Sequence record: SRR20825019_2783
DNA length: 64,000 nucleotides
Reading direction: 5' to 3' (one strand)
Positions 39,346 through 51,222 of this stretch are shown one piece after another; position 1 is the first letter of the stretch; each line of letters opens with the position of its first letter. Position numbers and translations under genes: made by a program. The notes under the pieces are model-generated. The model was not told the DNA's origin. It did not search any database and was given only the letters and a program-made list of their open reading frames with translations.

Positions 39346-40321
39346 CAGTGGGATCCTTTAGTTTGTTCACAATGGCTTGCGCCAGGCTGTCATCAATGCA
39401 GGCCGTCACCGGCAGATACCAGTGATGCGGCTGGGCGAATGCCTGACATTTTACCGCATCCTTCTCGGTCATCAGTACCGGAAAGTCATCGTTAAATGAC
39501 AGATCGGCTGCTTGGAAAGCATGGTGATCCTCGAAAGCATGCGGATGTACGATGAGGTGCTGCTGACACAATAAATCGAAAAAGCGTTGTGGATGACCGA
39601 TACCCGCGACGGCATGCACTTCCTGCTCATGGAAAGCCTTCAGAGGCAGTCGCTGCTCAGGGTCAGCAAGATTCAGCCAATGGCTGGCTTCCAGCTGCAT
39701 CTGGTAGCGCTGGCTGGCAGCGTCACCGTTGTACACCACAAAGTCGACCGACTGCAGCCGTGATACCGGTTCCCTTAACGGGCCTGCCGGCAGGCAGAGT
39801 TTATTGCCGAAACGGCGCTGGCTATCGACCAGGCAGATTTCAATATCACGTTCCAGTGCGTAATGCTGCAGACCGTCATCTGAGATGATGACATCACAGC
39901 CCTGGCAGCTGAGCAGATGCACGGCAGCGCGGCTGCGATCCGGATCGACCACGACCGGGCAGCCACTGCGTCTGGCAATCAGTACCGGTTCATCACCGGC
40001 TTCGCTGGTTGTTGTCTGCCCGGTAACATCCAGTGGATAGTGCTTCGCCTTGCCACCATAGCCGCGGCTGATGATACCGGGTTTGAAACCGGCTTGTTTG
40101 AGCTGATCACAGAGCCACAAAACAAAAGGCGTTTTACCGGTACCGCCGACACTGATATTGCCCACTACGATGACGGGCACCCGCATTTTGTGTCGGGTCA
40201 GCCAGTCACGCTGATAGGCTGTTCTGCGTGCCACGACAATCAGCCGGTAAAGCAGACTCAGTGGCAGTAGCAGCCAGCGCACCGGATGCAATCGGTACCA
40301 GCTGTCACTCAGCCATTTCAT
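39338..40321 (-). CDS. lpxK: Tetraacyldisaccharide 4'-kinase
   Basis: [40 protein letters not shown]. Confidence 0.96.
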   Translation of the reverse strand: MKWLSDSWYRLHPVRWLLLPLSLLYRLIVVARRTAYQRDWLTRHKMRVPVIVVGNISVGGTGKTPFVLWLCDQLKQAGFKPGIISRGYGGKAKHYPLDVTGQTTTSEAGDEPVLIARRSGCPVVVDPDRSRAAVHLLSCQGCDVIISDDGLQHYALERDIEICLVDSQRRFGNKLCLPAGPLREPVSRLQSVDFVVYNGDAASQRYQMQLEASHWLNLADPEQRLPLKAFHEQEVHAVAGIGHPQRFFDLLCQQHLIVHPHAFEDHHAFQAADLSFNDDFPVLMTEKDAVKCQAFAQPHHWYLPVTACIDDSLAQAIVNKLKDPTDG

Positions 40322-40326
40322 CGTGC

Positions 40327-42084
40327 TTACGCTTGCTCCTGAAATTGCAGATGGTGCAGTTCAGCATAATGACTGCCTTTAGCCAGCAATTCGCTATGGG
40401 TACCGGTTTCCAGAATTTCACCGTTATGCATGACGACAATCAGATCCGCTTTCTCAATCGTCGATAGACGGTGCGCAATCACCAGTGTGGTGCGTTGCTG
40501 CATCAAGTGTTCCAGCGCCGCTTGTATATGTCTTTCTGCCTCGGTGTCCAGCGCGGAGGTGGCTTCATCCAGAATCAGAATCGGTGAATCGCGCAGCAGG
40601 GCACGGGCAATCGCCAGCCGCTGACGCTGGCCACCGGAGAGTAAGACGCCATTTTCCCCGACCTGGGTCTGCAGCCCTTCCGGAAGACGCTGAATAAAGT
40701 CCCAGGCATGGGCGGATTTGGCGGCATCGATAATTGCCTGCTCACTGATTTCGCCCGGCAAACCATAGCGGATATTGTTGGCAATACTGTCGTTGAACAG
40801 GACGACCTGCTGGTTGACCAGTGAAATCTGACGTCGTAAATCGTCCAGTTTGAGTTCATTGATGTCGATATCATCAATCAGAATCAGGCCGTCACGGACA
40901 TTGTAAAAACGCGCCAGCAGGCTTACCAGCGTCGTTTTACCGCTACCGGAATGACCGACAAAGGCAATCGTCTGGCCCGGTTTGGCACTGAAATTAATGT
41001 GGCTGAGCACGCGGCCTTTGTCTTCGTTGTAGCTGAAGCTGACATCGCGGTATTCAATATGACCCTCGGCGCGTTCCAGCCGACGCTGGCCGTCATCCAC
41101 TTCCGGCCGTTCATCTAGCAATTTGAAAATACTTTCGGCGGCGGCGATACCGGCCTGTAACTTGGCGTTGACCTTGGTCAGCCGTTTCATCGGCGTCAGC
41201 AGCATCATCATCGCAGTGATGAAGGAAATAAAGTCACCGACCGTGATTTTGTCCAGCATCTGCGGCAGGGTCGCGATATAGATCACCAGTGCCATACCCA
41301 CGGCCGCTATCAGTGCGGTCAGCGGCTGGCTGACGGCATCGGTGGCGATTTTCTTCATCTGCTGGCGGCGGTTGCCCTGATTTACCCTGTCAAAGCGTTT
41401 TGATTCATAGGCCTGGCCACCGAAGGTTTTGACTTCACGGTGGCCTTCGATGATTTCTCCGGACACATGGCTGACATCACCCATCGAATTCTGAATGTGT
41501 TTACTGATGCGGCGAAAACGGATGCTGACGTAATAAACCAGCAGCGCGATAAACGGGACGGTGAAAAAAATCAGCAGTGATAAAAAGCCGCTGAGATAGA
41601 ACATCCAGATCAACAGACCGATAATTGTCAGGCTGTCACGGATAATGGTCAGCACGGCATCAGTGGCTGCCGAGGCCACCTGTTCAACATCATAGACCAG
41701 CTTCGACATCAGCTGCCCCGAGGTGCTGTGGTCATAAAATGGCGCCGGCAAGACCAGCAGCTTGTCGAACATCTGCTCGCGCAGTGTCTTGATCACATTG
41801 CGGGCTATCCAGCCCAGACCATAGGTGGTGAAGAAGTCCGCCAGACCACGCACCAGAAACAAGCCAATAATGGCCAGCGGAATTAACTGGATGATGTTCG
41901 GGTCGCGTTCAACAAAACCCTGGTCCATCAGGGGCTTCATAACCATAGCGACACCGGTTTCGGTGGCGGCATAAACGAGCATTGCCAGCACCACCGCGAC
42001 AAAGGCGCGCCAGTAAGGCTTGGCATAGCTCAGCAGGCGCTTGTACAACTGTACAGCGCTGATTTCGACGTCGTTATCTGTCAT
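40327..42084 (-). CDS. msbA: Lipid A export ABC transporter MsbA
   Basis: TMD plus ABC (GHSGSGKT, LSGGQRQR, LDEATSALD); upstream of lpxK. Confidence 0.95.
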   Translation of the reverse strand: MTDNDVEISAVQLYKRLLSYAKPYWRAFVAVVLAMLVYAATETGVAMVMKPLMDQGFVERDPNIIQLIPLAIIGLFLVRGLADFFTTYGLGWIARNVIKTLREQMFDKLLVLPAPFYDHSTSGQLMSKLVYDVEQVASAATDAVLTIIRDSLTIIGLLIWMFYLSGFLSLLIFFTVPFIALLVYYVSIRFRRISKHIQNSMGDVSHVSGEIIEGHREVKTFGGQAYESKRFDRVNQGNRRQQMKKIATDAVSQPLTALIAAVGMALVIYIATLPQMLDKITVGDFISFITAMMMLLTPMKRLTKVNAKLQAGIAAAESIFKLLDERPEVDDGQRRLERAEGHIEYRDVSFSYNEDKGRVLSHINFSAKPGQTIAFVGHSGSGKTTLVSLLARFYNVRDGLILIDDIDINELKLDDLRRQISLVNQQVVLFNDSIANNIRYGLPGEISEQAIIDAAKSAHAWDFIQRLPEGLQTQVGENGVLLSGGQRQRLAIARALLRDSPILILDEATSALDTEAERHIQAALEHLMQQRTTLVIAHRLSTIEKADLIVVMHNGEILETGTHSELLAKGSHYAELHHLQFQEQA

Positions 42085-42506
42085 TCGTTTTCAGTTCGGG
42101 TTTGTCGGGTCGCCAGGGTCAGTTTACTGAAGCCCATCTGCTGGGCGGTATCCATGGCGGTTACAATATGCTGGTACTGGGCATCGGCGTCGGCGCTGAT
42201 AATGATATGCGGGTCCTGATTATCTCCGGCAGCGCTGCGTAACACCGTTCGCAGGCTATCACGGCTGACCACAGTGAGCGTTTCACCATTAACCAGAAAC
42301 TCGCCATCAGCCTGGATGACGATATCTATCGGCTGCTCCTGCTCTACCATGGCTTCGCCGGTCGCTTCCGGCAGGTCGACCTTAAGCGAGCTCTCGCGGA
42401 TAAAGCTGGTGGAGACCATAAAAAACAGCAACAGCAGAAAAACGACATCAATCATCGGTGTCAGGTTGACATCGGGGTCTTCAGATCGTTGTGGTGACAG
42501 ATTCAC
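42081..42506 (-). CDS. exbD: ExbD/TolR family protein
   Basis: NLTPMIDVVFLLLLFFMV; GTG start at 42506. Confidence 0.9.
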   Translation of the reverse strand: MNLSPQRSEDPDVNLTPMIDVVFLLLLFFMVSTSFIRESSLKVDLPEATGEAMVEQEQPIDIVIQADGEFLVNGETLTVVSRDSLRTVLRSAAGDNQDPHIIISADADAQYQHIVTAMDTAQQMGFSKLTLATRQTRTENE

Positions 42507-43137
42507 GTCGGGTTTCCTCATCCACATCAAATTGACGTTCGCCATGCAGGATTTCAATCAGCTTCATCGCCTGTTCTTCCATACCGACAACCAGCTTGTT
42601 AATTTTACCGCGGTAGTATCGGTAAAAAATCAGGCTGGGAATGGCAACAACCAGGCCCGCGGCAGTCGTGATAAGTGCTTCAGAAATCCCACCGGCCAGC
42701 GTTTCCGGGTTGCCGACACCTTCAGCAGTAATTACCGCAAAGACTTTGATCATACCGACCACGGTGCCAAGCAGACCGATTAGCGGTGAGATAGCGGCGA
42801 TGGTGCCCAGCGTGTTGAGATTGCGTTCCATGGCGACGGTGACATGCCGGCCGACGTCCTGAATGCTTTCCTTGGTGATTTCGCGCGAGCTGTAGCGATT
42901 CGTCAGACCTGCTGCCAGAATTTGTCCCAGCGGCGAGTTGTTCTGCAAGGTTTTGATACGCTGCTCGTCGACCTGATTATATTGCAGCCACTGCCAGATT
43001 TGCGTGACCAGTTCGGCAGGCGCAATCCGCTTTGTCTGCAGGCTCCAGAAGCGTTCGGCGATGATGGCAATCGAGATAACCGAACAGATAAACAGCGGTA
43101 TCATCAACCAACCGCCTGCTTTGAACAGTTCCAGCAT
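42481..43137 (-). CDS. exbB: MotA/TolQ/ExbB proton channel protein
   Basis: LGTIAAISPLIGLLGTVVGMI, GISEALITTAAGL. Confidence 0.9.
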   Translation of the reverse strand: MLELFKAGGWLMIPLFICSVISIAIIAERFWSLQTKRIAPAELVTQIWQWLQYNQVDEQRIKTLQNNSPLGQILAAGLTNRYSSREITKESIQDVGRHVTVAMERNLNTLGTIAAISPLIGLLGTVVGMIKVFAVITAEGVGNPETLAGGISEALITTAAGLVVAIPSLIFYRYYRGKINKLVVGMEEQAMKLIEILHGERQFDVDEETRRESVTTTI

Positions 43138-43198
43138 GATATTTCGTCTCTGTTGATCCAATGATGACAGCGCTCATCATACGTGAAAATGCCAAAAC

Positions 43199-45439
43199 TC
43201 AGTAGTTTGCTGTCCAGAGGCCAGCCGCATTTTGTCGCCAGGTCGAGACACCTTGCTCTCCGCGAAACAATATGGCGCCGTGCTGATCGCTGCGTAGAAG
43301 TATGCTCCCTTGCTGCTGGTAGCGATCAAGCACTTCCTGTTTGGGAAAGCCATAGCGATTGCGAAAGCCGACCGGAAATAAGGCATAGGTCGGGTCAACG
43401 GCTTTCACAAAGCGACTGGTGGAAGAGCTGCGACTGCCGTGATGCGGTACCACCAGTACATCAGCCTGAATTTGCCCGCCGTAGTGCGCCAGCAGTTGCC
43501 GTTCACTGTCGCGCTCGATATCACCGGGTAACAGCAAGCTCATATTGTCCGCCGTCACTTTAAGCACACAGGAACGGTTATTATCACTACCTAGCTGTTC
43601 CGCCAGTGGCAGCAGTACCTCAAACAGCACATCATCCCAACGCCATTGCTGGCCGGCTTCACAGAGACGGGCGCCGGGCAGCGCTGCTACATCGCTGCTG
43701 ATTAAGGTTGTTACCGGCAGATGCTGCTTAAGTCCGTTCACCCCGCCGATATGATCATTATCGCCGTGACTGATCAAAAGTTTGTCGATATTCTTAAGAC
43801 CGCGACTCTGAAGATAAGGGGCAACAACGGCACTACCTGTGTCAAATCGTTTGCTGTAGCGCGGCCCGGTATCAAATACCAAAGTGTGTCCATGCGTTTC
43901 GACTACGGCTGCAAGGCCCTGTCCCACATCCAGCAGCGTGAAATAGATCTGACCTGCCGGCGGCCGGGCAGGGGAAAAGCTTATCAGTGCCAGGATAGTC
44001 AGCAAGCCCAGCCATCTGGCCGGCATGGCTCGCGGCAATAAGAGGGTCAGTGTCAATAATCCGATAAGTCCGGTCAGCAGCCAGGGCAGTGCCGGCAACT
44101 GCCAGTCGGATAACGGCAGCGAGGCCAGCCAGTTCAGCATCTGCCACAGCCAGCCCAGCAAATAATCTGCCGCAGACAAGGCCAGCATGCTGATGGGCTC
44201 GCTGATCATTAACAACAGCATGCCGACAAGCACCAGCGGTACGACCAGCAGGCTCACCAGAGGCACGGCGATAAGGTTGGCCAGAGGTGAGATTAACGAT
44301 ACCTGACCGAAAAAAATAATCAGTAGTGGCATCAGTCCCAGTGCCAGCCAGAGATGAATCCAGAGCCAGTTGCCACGGTGCGCAGGAAAGCGAGAACTAC
44401 AGGTCAGCAGAATCAGGGTTACTGCCGAGAACGACAGCCAGAAGCCGGCACTGAGTACGGAGAAAGGATCAAACAGCAGCACCAGCAGCAGGCTGAGCGT
44501 GAGGATGTGGCCTGGATAGAGTGGCCTTTTCAGCAGCAACGCCAGCATCACGGTACTCACCATAATCAGCGCACGTTGAGTCGGGATCGCCATACCGGCC
44601 AGCAGCGCATAAAACAGGGCAAAACTGAACCCGCCCAATGCACCGGCCTGGCGAGCCGGCAACAGGCGGAGGGCAGTTAATGACAGACTCCAGCCCCAGC
44701 GGAACAGAAAAAAGCCCAGCGTCGCGGCAAGACCGATATGCAGCCCGGAAATAGCCAGTAAATGACTGGTGCCGGTTTGGCGCAAGACCTGCCAGTGTTC
44801 GGGGGTGAGCAGGTCACGTTGACCGACGGAAAGACCGAGGATAAAAGGCAGTTGCTGGCTGTCACTCAGCAGCGCAGTGAGTTTATGCTGGATTTGCAGC
44901 CGCAGATTATCCAGCTGCCAGTTTAAGGCTGCCGCCAGTCGGCGGTTATCCGGATTTTCACGGATATAGCCGGTAGCACCGATGCCTTCTGCGAATAACC
45001 ATTTTTCATAATCAAAGCCACCCGGGTTTTTCATGCCTGCCGGTGGTTTGAGCCGGACCAGCAATTGCCAGCGTTCGCCCGGTGCCGGTAGCTTTGAGCC
45101 AGGGTAATACCAACTCAGGCGCAATAAGGGCGGGAAAGCCGCATTTTCCGGCCGGAAGTTGAAGCGTAGAACCTGGTCATGCTGTTCGGGAATAGAGGCA
45201 ATAACACCAGTCAGCAGGCTATCCTGACCGGCCTGATGTTCCGGCAGACGCTGCTCAATTCTGAGCTGCGCTTGAAATCCGGCCCATAACAAGCCGACAA
45301 TGAAAGCACTGAGCACGGTTTGTCTGAACCGGAAGGTGAAGGGCAAAGCCACTGCCAGCAGCCATCCATAGCGGGGCAGTTCACTGATGTTCAGACACAA
45401 CGTGCAGCCCAGCAAAAACGCGATGGCGGTTTTAACCAT
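43199..45439 (-). CDS. comEC: DNA uptake competence protein ComEC/Rec2
   Basis: NPGGFDY, HLLAISGLH, LDVGQG, SHGDNDHIGG, PHHGS. Confidence 0.94.
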   Translation of the reverse strand: MVKTAIAFLLGCTLCLNISELPRYGWLLAVALPFTFRFRQTVLSAFIVGLLWAGFQAQLRIEQRLPEHQAGQDSLLTGVIASIPEQHDQVLRFNFRPENAAFPPLLRLSWYYPGSKLPAPGERWQLLVRLKPPAGMKNPGGFDYEKWLFAEGIGATGYIRENPDNRRLAAALNWQLDNLRLQIQHKLTALLSDSQQLPFILGLSVGQRDLLTPEHWQVLRQTGTSHLLAISGLHIGLAATLGFFLFRWGWSLSLTALRLLPARQAGALGGFSFALFYALLAGMAIPTQRALIMVSTVMLALLLKRPLYPGHILTLSLLLVLLFDPFSVLSAGFWLSFSAVTLILLTCSSRFPAHRGNWLWIHLWLALGLMPLLIIFFGQVSLISPLANLIAVPLVSLLVVPLVLVGMLLLMISEPISMLALSAADYLLGWLWQMLNWLASLPLSDWQLPALPWLLTGLIGLLTLTLLLPRAMPARWLGLLTILALISFSPARPPAGQIYFTLLDVGQGLAAVVETHGHTLVFDTGPRYSKRFDTGSAVVAPYLQSRGLKNIDKLLISHGDNDHIGGVNGLKQHLPVTTLISSDVAALPGARLCEAGQQWRWDDVLFEVLLPLAEQLGSDNNRSCVLKVTADNMSLLLPGDIERDSERQLLAHYGGQIQADVLVVPHHGSRSSSTSRFVKAVDPTYALFPVGFRNRYGFPKQEVLDRYQQQGSILLRSDQHGAILFRGEQGVSTWRQNAAGLWTANY

Positions 45440-45480
45440 ATATCCCTATAATGACGCCGACTTTGCACGACTGAGACACG

Positions 45481-46011
45481 ATGCCTCGTAAATTCCTAAA
45501 ACGCATCATGCCAGATCACGAAACGATGCGCGAACATCCCCACCTGCGCAAGTTTGGTCAACGGCTGACTGAGCCCAGGCTCTGGCACCTGAACCGACGT
45601 TCGGTGGCGGGGGGCATGGCGCTGGGACTTTTTGTTGGCTTCATGCCGGTGCTGGGGCAGATGTTTATTGCCGCTGCGCTGGCTATCTGGCTGCGGGTCA
45701 ATCTCCCTGTTGCTTCAATGGCGGTCTGGGTGACCAATCCCTTTACCTTCGCGCCGATCTTTTTCTATGCCTACAAACTGGGGGCGTGGATTCTGGAGGT
45801 GCCGATGGGGCAGTATGCTTTCACCCCCAGTTGGGAGTGGTTCAGTTACGAATTTCTGAAGATTTGGCAGCCCTTGCTGCTGGGCTGCACGATCCTGGGA
45901 CTGCTGGCAGCCCTTGCCGGTGTCTTATTTGTCCGCATTGGCTGGCGGCTGGTGGTCATTCGCAGCTGGAGCAAACGCCCCCATAAACACAATTCCCGCT
46001 CAGGCGTCTGA
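45481..46011 (+). CDS. DUF2062 family membrane protein
   Basis: [17 protein letters not shown]; typical position between comEC and lolD. Confidence 0.85.
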   Translation: MPRKFLKRIMPDHETMREHPHLRKFGQRLTEPRLWHLNRRSVAGGMALGLFVGFMPVLGQMFIAAALAIWLRVNLPVASMAVWVTNPFTFAPIFFYAYKLGAWILEVPMGQYAFTPSWEWFSYEFLKIWQPLLLGCTILGLLAALAGVLFVRIGWRLVVIRSWSKRPHKHNSRSGV

Positions 46012-46683
46012 TTGCAGCACGCCGTCCATTAATGTCATGGTGCGGTCCATCTTGCCGGCCAGTTCGGTATCATGCGTCACAATCACCAGCGCGGTGCCCA
46101 GATCGGCATTCAGTTCGAGTATCAAGTCAAAGATCGACTGCGCAGTACGGTGATCCAGATTGCCGGTGGGTTCGTCGGCCAGCAGGCAGGCGGGTTCGGT
46201 AATCAAAGCCCGTGCCAGTGCTGCACGTTGTCTTTCGCCGCCGGAGAGTTCGCCCGGCTTGTGTTCCAGCCGGTGTCCCAGTCCCACTTTTTCAAGCAGT
46301 TCCTGTGCTTTTTGCTGCGCGGGTCGCGGTGCCATGCCGCCGATCACCAGTGGCATGGCAACATTTTCCACTGCGCTGAATTCAGGCAGCAGATGATGAA
46401 ACTGGTAGACAAAGCCCAGTTGCTGGTTACGCAGCCGACAGGCCGCCTTGTTACTCAGTGCGTGAATATCCTGACCTCTGACCCGTACCTGTCCCTGGGT
46501 CGGACTATCGAGTCCGCCCAGCAGATGCAGCAGTGTACTTTTGCCCGAGCCGGAACTGCCGACAATGGCCAGCCGGTCACCTTTGTTAACTTCAATGTTA
46601 ATGTTTTCCAGCACATGTGTATCCAGGCCGCCATCGGTAAAGGATTTAGACAGGTTGCTGGCCGATAATACAGAATCAGTCAT
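46000..46683 (-). CDS. lolD: Lipoprotein-releasing ABC transporter ATPase
   Basis: [37 protein letters not shown]. Confidence 0.95.
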   Translation of the reverse strand: MTDSVLSASNLSKSFTDGGLDTHVLENINIEVNKGDRLAIVGSSGSGKSTLLHLLGGLDSPTQGQVRVRGQDIHALSNKAACRLRNQQLGFVYQFHHLLPEFSAVENVAMPLVIGGMAPRPAQQKAQELLEKVGLGHRLEHKPGELSGGERQRAALARALITEPACLLADEPTGNLDHRTAQSIFDLILELNADLGTALVIVTHDTELAGKMDRTMTLMDGVLQSDA

Positions 46684-47926
46684 AACGAAGTGCCTCGGCC
46701 GGTTTCACCTGGGCAGCGCGCCAGGAAGGGTAAAGCGTGGAGAGAATCGACAATACAAACGCGGTGATCGCGATCACGCTGACGTCATGGTATTGCAGGT
46801 CAGATGGCAGACTGCTGATGTAGTAAACATCGGCGGGCAGGAACTGGTAACCGATCAGGTTTTCCAGTTTGGCAATCAGCGTTTCGATATTCAGTGCCAG
46901 CAATATCCCGCCCAGAACACCCAAGCCGGTGCCGATGAGACCGATTAAGGTGCCCTGTACCATGAAGATGCCCATGATCTTGCCGGGTGTCATGCCCAGC
47001 GTTCTTAAGATGGCAATATCAGCGCGTTTATCGGTCACCATCATCACCAGGGTGGAGACGATATTAAAGGCCGCCACCGCGACAATCAGCATCAGAATGA
47101 CAAACATCACCGTTTTTTCCGTCTTTAAAGCGCGGAAAAAGTTGGCGTGCTGGTAGGTCCAGTCAGCACCACGATAATGAGTGGGCACATCCTGCATGAC
47201 TTCACGCAGCAGCTGCGGTGCCCGGAAGACATCGTCAAATTCGAGACGCAGACCGGTCACGCCCTGATTGGGTATCTTGAACAGCTTGGCGGCATCGCGG
47301 ATATTCATGACAGCCAGTGAGCTGTCGTATTCATACATGCCGATTTCAAAAATACCGACGACGGTCAGCCGTTTAAGACGGGGAATCACACCAGCCGGGG
47401 TCGGACTGACATGCGGCGTAATCAGGGTGATCTTATCGCCGGTCACGACGCCCATTGCCATCGCCAGATCTTTACCCAGCACAATGCCGAAACTGCCTTC
47501 TTCCAGTGCTTCCAGCTTGCCCTGAACGACCTTTTCGCCGATGCTGGAGACGGTTTGTTCCAGCTCGACATCAATGCCGCGCACCAGTGTGCCGCGTACC
47601 CGGTTGCCCTGACTGAGCATGGCCTGCCCTTCGACAAACGGCGCTGAATCGACCAGTTCCGGGTGGTCTTTAATGCGATCCTGAAGACCCTGCCAGTCAT
47701 CGAGGGTGCCATCAGCACCGGTAATGAAGGCATGTGAGGTCATCCCCAGAATGCGTTCCTTGAGCTCTTTTTCGAAACCGTTCATCACTGACAATACGGT
47801 GATCAATGCCGCGACGCCGAGTGCCACACCGAGCATCGAGGTCAAAGAGATAAAGGAAATAAAATGATTGCGACGTTTTGCACGGGTGTAGCGCATGCCG
47901 ATATAGAGGCTGAGCGGTCTGAACAT
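46676..47926 (-). CDS. Lipoprotein-releasing ABC transporter permease (single LolC/E-type subunit)
   Basis: [39 protein letters not shown] at 47926. Confidence 0.93.
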   Translation of the reverse strand: MFRPLSLYIGMRYTRAKRRNHFISFISLTSMLGVALGVAALITVLSVMNGFEKELKERILGMTSHAFITGADGTLDDWQGLQDRIKDHPELVDSAPFVEGQAMLSQGNRVRGTLVRGIDVELEQTVSSIGEKVVQGKLEALEEGSFGIVLGKDLAMAMGVVTGDKITLITPHVSPTPAGVIPRLKRLTVVGIFEIGMYEYDSSLAVMNIRDAAKLFKIPNQGVTGLRLEFDDVFRAPQLLREVMQDVPTHYRGADWTYQHANFFRALKTEKTVMFVILMLIVAVAAFNIVSTLVMMVTDKRADIAILRTLGMTPGKIMGIFMVQGTLIGLIGTGLGVLGGILLALNIETLIAKLENLIGYQFLPADVYYISSLPSDLQYHDVSVIAITAFVLSILSTLYPSWRAAQVKPAEALRYD

Positions 47927-47952
47927 AGAGGCGCCAACTTTTAGAGAGAACG

Positions 47953-47979
47953 GGCCGGCCGCAGCTAAGCAGGCCGGCC
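47953..47979 (-). terminator. GC-rich hairpin after rpiA
   Basis: GGCCGGCC arms; weak U-tract. Confidence 0.4.
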
Positions 47980-47987
47980 TCAGGTTA

Positions 47988-48653
47988 TCAGGATTTTGCG
48001 TGAACGGTTTTGGTGCCGTCTTCGCTGCCGACCAGCAATACATCTGCCGAGCGCATCGCAAACAGACCGTTAGTCACCACGCCCACGATATCGTTCAAGG
48101 TTTTTTCCAGTTTAATCGGCTCCATGATATCGAGACCGTGAACATCGAGAATGACATTGCCGTTATCGGTGATAAAGCCTTCACGGTAGACCGGCTGGCC
48201 GCCCAGTTTCACGATTTCGCGGGCGACGTAGCTGCGCGCCATTGGAATGACTTCTACCGGCAGCGGAAATTCACCCAGTACGTCGACCTGTTTGCTGGCA
48301 TCAACAATACAAACAAATTGCTGGCTTGCCGCGGCAATGATTTTTTCACGGGTCAGGGCACCACCGCCGCCTTTAACCAGTTCCAGATAGGCATTGGCTT
48401 CATCGGCACCATCGACATAGACTTCAACGTCATTGCACTCATTCAGATCATAGACCTTGATTCCATTGGCTTTGAGTTTCTCAGTGGAAGCTTCTGAGCT
48501 GGACACCGCGCCTTCGATACGGCCTTTGATCGTGGCGAGGGCATCGATAAAATGGTTGACAGTTGAGCCGGTACCGACACCGACAATGCCGTCACCCTTG
48601 ATGTATTCCAGTGCTGCCCAGGCAGCCTGCTTTTTCATTTCATCAGCATTCAT
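47988..48653 (-). CDS. rpiA: Ribose-5-phosphate isomerase A
   Basis: [23 protein letters not shown]. Confidence 0.97.
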   Translation of the reverse strand: MNADEMKKQAAWAALEYIKGDGIVGVGTGSTVNHFIDALATIKGRIEGAVSSSEASTEKLKANGIKVYDLNECNDVEVYVDGADEANAYLELVKGGGGALTREKIIAAASQQFVCIVDASKQVDVLGEFPLPVEVIPMARSYVAREIVKLGGQPVYREGFITDNGNVILDVHGLDIMEPIKLEKTLNDIVGVVTNGLFAMRSADVLLVGSEDGTKTVHAKS

Positions 48654-48790
48654 ATGTGCTTCCTCTTGAATTCAGATTGCTTAAAAAATTATCCCGGCAA
48701 TTATAGAGATAAATCAGTGTCAATGGTAACGTAAGCGGTCACGAGTCGTCTTTGTCGGCTTCACGTATTTTCTTAACTGACTGAATTTGG

Positions 48791-50311
48791 ATGGCAATGC
48801 TCACTGCATATGTAGAAAAGATCCTCAAAGCCCGGGTTTACGATGTGGCGCAGGAGACGCCGCTGGATATCATGCCCCGTCTGTCACAACGCCTGCAGAA
48901 CACGATTCTGCTAAAGCGCGAGGATTTGCAGCCGGTGTTTTCATTCAAACTGCGCGGTGCCTACAACCGCATGAGTCAGTTGAGCGATGAGGAAAGAGTC
49001 CGCGGCGTGGTGTGTGCTTCAGCCGGTAATCATGCCCAGGGCGTAGCGCTGGCAGCTCAGAAAATGGGTATTTCAGCCCTGATCGTCATGCCCAAAACCA
49101 CGCCGCCAATCAAGGTCGAGGCGGTGCGTGCGCTGGGAGCTGAGATTACGCTGCATGGCAACAGCTATGATGATGCCGGTGCCTATGCGCATGATGTCGC
49201 TGATAAGCAGGGCCGGACTTATATTCATCCTTACGATGATCCGGAGGTCATTGCCGGTCAGGGCACCATTGCAATGGAAATTATCCGTCAGCATCCCGAT
49301 CCGCTGCATGCGATTTTTGTCCCGGTCGGTGGTGGTGGATTAATTTCAGGTATCGCGGCCTATATCAAAGCCTTCTGGCCGGAAATTAAAATCATTGCGG
49401 TGGAACCGGCAGACGCTGCCAGTCTGAAAGCCGCACTGGAAGCGGATGAAAGGGTCAAGCTGGATCAGGTCGGCTTATTTGCTGACGGCACCGCGGTCCG
49501 GCAAATCGGTGTTGAACCTTTCCGTATCTGCCGTGAGACGGTCGATGAAGTGATTACAGTCGATAGCGATGAACTGTGCGCGGCGATTATGGATATCTTT
49601 GAAGATACCCGCTCGATCGCCGAGCCTTCCGGCGCTTTGGCCGTGGCCGGGGTGAAAAAATACCTGGCGCAGAATCCGATGCAGGATCAGCAGATGGTCG
49701 TGATCGACAGCGGTGCCAATATCAACTTTGACCGTTTGCGCCATGTTGCCGAACGGGCCGAGATTGGTGAACGCCGTGAAGTGCTGTTCGCGACCAAGAT
49801 TGATGAACAGCCGGGCAGCTTTCAGAAATTCTGTAAAACGCTGGGGGATCGCGGTATTACCGAGTTCAATTACCGCTATGCTGACGATCGTCAGGCGCAG
49901 GTGTTTGTCGGTGTGCGGATCAACGGCAAGGATGAAGAGCGCCAGCAATTGTTCGATCTGCTGGATAAGGGCGGCTATGAATGGGTCGATTTCACCGATA
50001 ATGAAATGGCCAAGCTGCACATTCGTTATATGGTTGGCGGCCACGCGCCGCAGGTGACTGATGAGCGCCTGATCCGCTTTGAGTTTCCGGAGCGCCCGGG
50101 GGCCCTGCTACGTTTTCTGACCCGTATCGGGCAGCGCTGGAATATCAGTTTGTTTCATTACCGCAATCATGGCGCGGCTTATGGCCGTGTGCTGGCCGGG
50201 ATTCAGGTGCCGGCGGATTATCAGCAAGACTTTCAGACTTTCCTGGATACGCTTGGCTACAGCTACTGGGAAGAAACCGATAATCCCGCCTACCCGCTGT
50301 TTCTTAAATAA
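48791..50311 (+). CDS. ilvA: Threonine ammonia-lyase, biosynthetic
   Basis: KREDLQPVFSFKLRGA, SAGNHAQG, VGGGGL, two ACT domains (FPERPGAL). Confidence 0.96.
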   Translation: MAMLTAYVEKILKARVYDVAQETPLDIMPRLSQRLQNTILLKREDLQPVFSFKLRGAYNRMSQLSDEERVRGVVCASAGNHAQGVALAAQKMGISALIVMPKTTPPIKVEAVRALGAEITLHGNSYDDAGAYAHDVADKQGRTYIHPYDDPEVIAGQGTIAMEIIRQHPDPLHAIFVPVGGGGLISGIAAYIKAFWPEIKIIAVEPADAASLKAALEADERVKLDQVGLFADGTAVRQIGVEPFRICRETVDEVITVDSDELCAAIMDIFEDTRSIAEPSGALAVAGVKKYLAQNPMQDQQMVVIDSGANINFDRLRHVAERAEIGERREVLFATKIDEQPGSFQKFCKTLGDRGITEFNYRYADDRQAQVFVGVRINGKDEERQQLFDLLDKGGYEWVDFTDNEMAKLHIRYMVGGHAPQVTDERLIRFEFPERPGALLRFLTRIGQRWNISLFHYRNHGAAYGRVLAGIQVPADYQQDFQTFLDTLGYSYWEETDNPAYPLFLK

Positions 50312-50344
50312 TAAAAAGGCCTGCTCAAGCAGGCCTTTTTTATT
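50310..50344. terminator. Bidirectional intrinsic terminator
   Basis: AAAAAGGCCTGC-TCAA-GCAGGCCTTTTT between convergent genes. Confidence 0.9.
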
Positions 50345-50358
50345 GATTGCAAATTATT

Positions 50359-51051
50359 TTACTGCAGATTGAGCTGCACGCTGCCTCGGACAGTCAGGGT
50401 CACGTCGTTCTTGCCGCCGGCTAATGCCGCCGGGGCGCTTTTGCTCATACTGTCTGAGGCCATCATGGTGGCCCGTTCCATCATCGGCCGCGGCGTAAAG
50501 TCATTGCCATCAATCGACAGGTTGACCAGTTCATAACCGGAGCGATCAAATTCGCCGGCAACCAGTTTGGCCTTGGTTCTGAACTTGCCGATGGCTTCTT
50601 TCAGTAACTCCTGCTTGATGCTCTCAGCTTTGCTGTCGGAGACCTGGAAATGCATTGACTGAATATTCGCCATGGAGCTGATATCGGCAATCAATTGACC
50701 CATCTGGTCAAAATCCCCGGTTTCCAGCGTCAACTGCTGAGACACCTGCCAGGAAGTAATTTTACCGTCGTCATAAACCGGCCGTGTGTTGTAGCTTGAA
50801 GTCTCAGCCTCTATCGCTTTGAAATTTTTCACCGCATCCAGCACCAGCGCAGTTTTTTTATTTACCAGATCAGTCAGCTTGGCTGGATCCCGGCCGCTTT
50901 CTATAACTTCCAGCCGCGTCACCAGTTCGTCGTTCTCTACTTCACGGGTGGCGCTGGCATCCAGATTAATAATACCCAGCTGCATGGCCTCATCGGCCTG
51001 GGCGAGCGGAGACAGCAGCAATAGTGGAATCAGGGCAAAAAAAGCTCTCAT
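50359..51051 (-). CDS. SIMPL (DUF541) domain periplasmic protein
   Basis: Signal peptide; ASATREVENDE, TRPVYD, C-terminal LTVRGSVQL pattern. Confidence 0.8.
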   Translation of the reverse strand: MRAFFALIPLLLLSPLAQADEAMQLGIINLDASATREVENDELVTRLEVIESGRDPAKLTDLVNKKTALVLDAVKNFKAIEAETSSYNTRPVYDDGKITSWQVSQQLTLETGDFDQMGQLIADISSMANIQSMHFQVSDSKAESIKQELLKEAIGKFRTKAKLVAGEFDRSGYELVNLSIDGNDFTPRPMMERATMMASDSMSKSAPAALAGGKNDVTLTVRGSVQLNLQ

Positions 51052-51222
51052 AGTCAGTCCTTGTGAATTGGCTTTAGGTTCTCAAGAGTATCTAACTCTG
51101 TGGTGTTTTCATATATCATGCTAGCCATTAGGCTGTTTCAGGACTGTGACTCTAATGAACGGGATGCAGTTCGTCAGCCACCCCCGTTTCGTTTTTAAAA
51201 TAAGCAGTAACAGAGGAAATTC

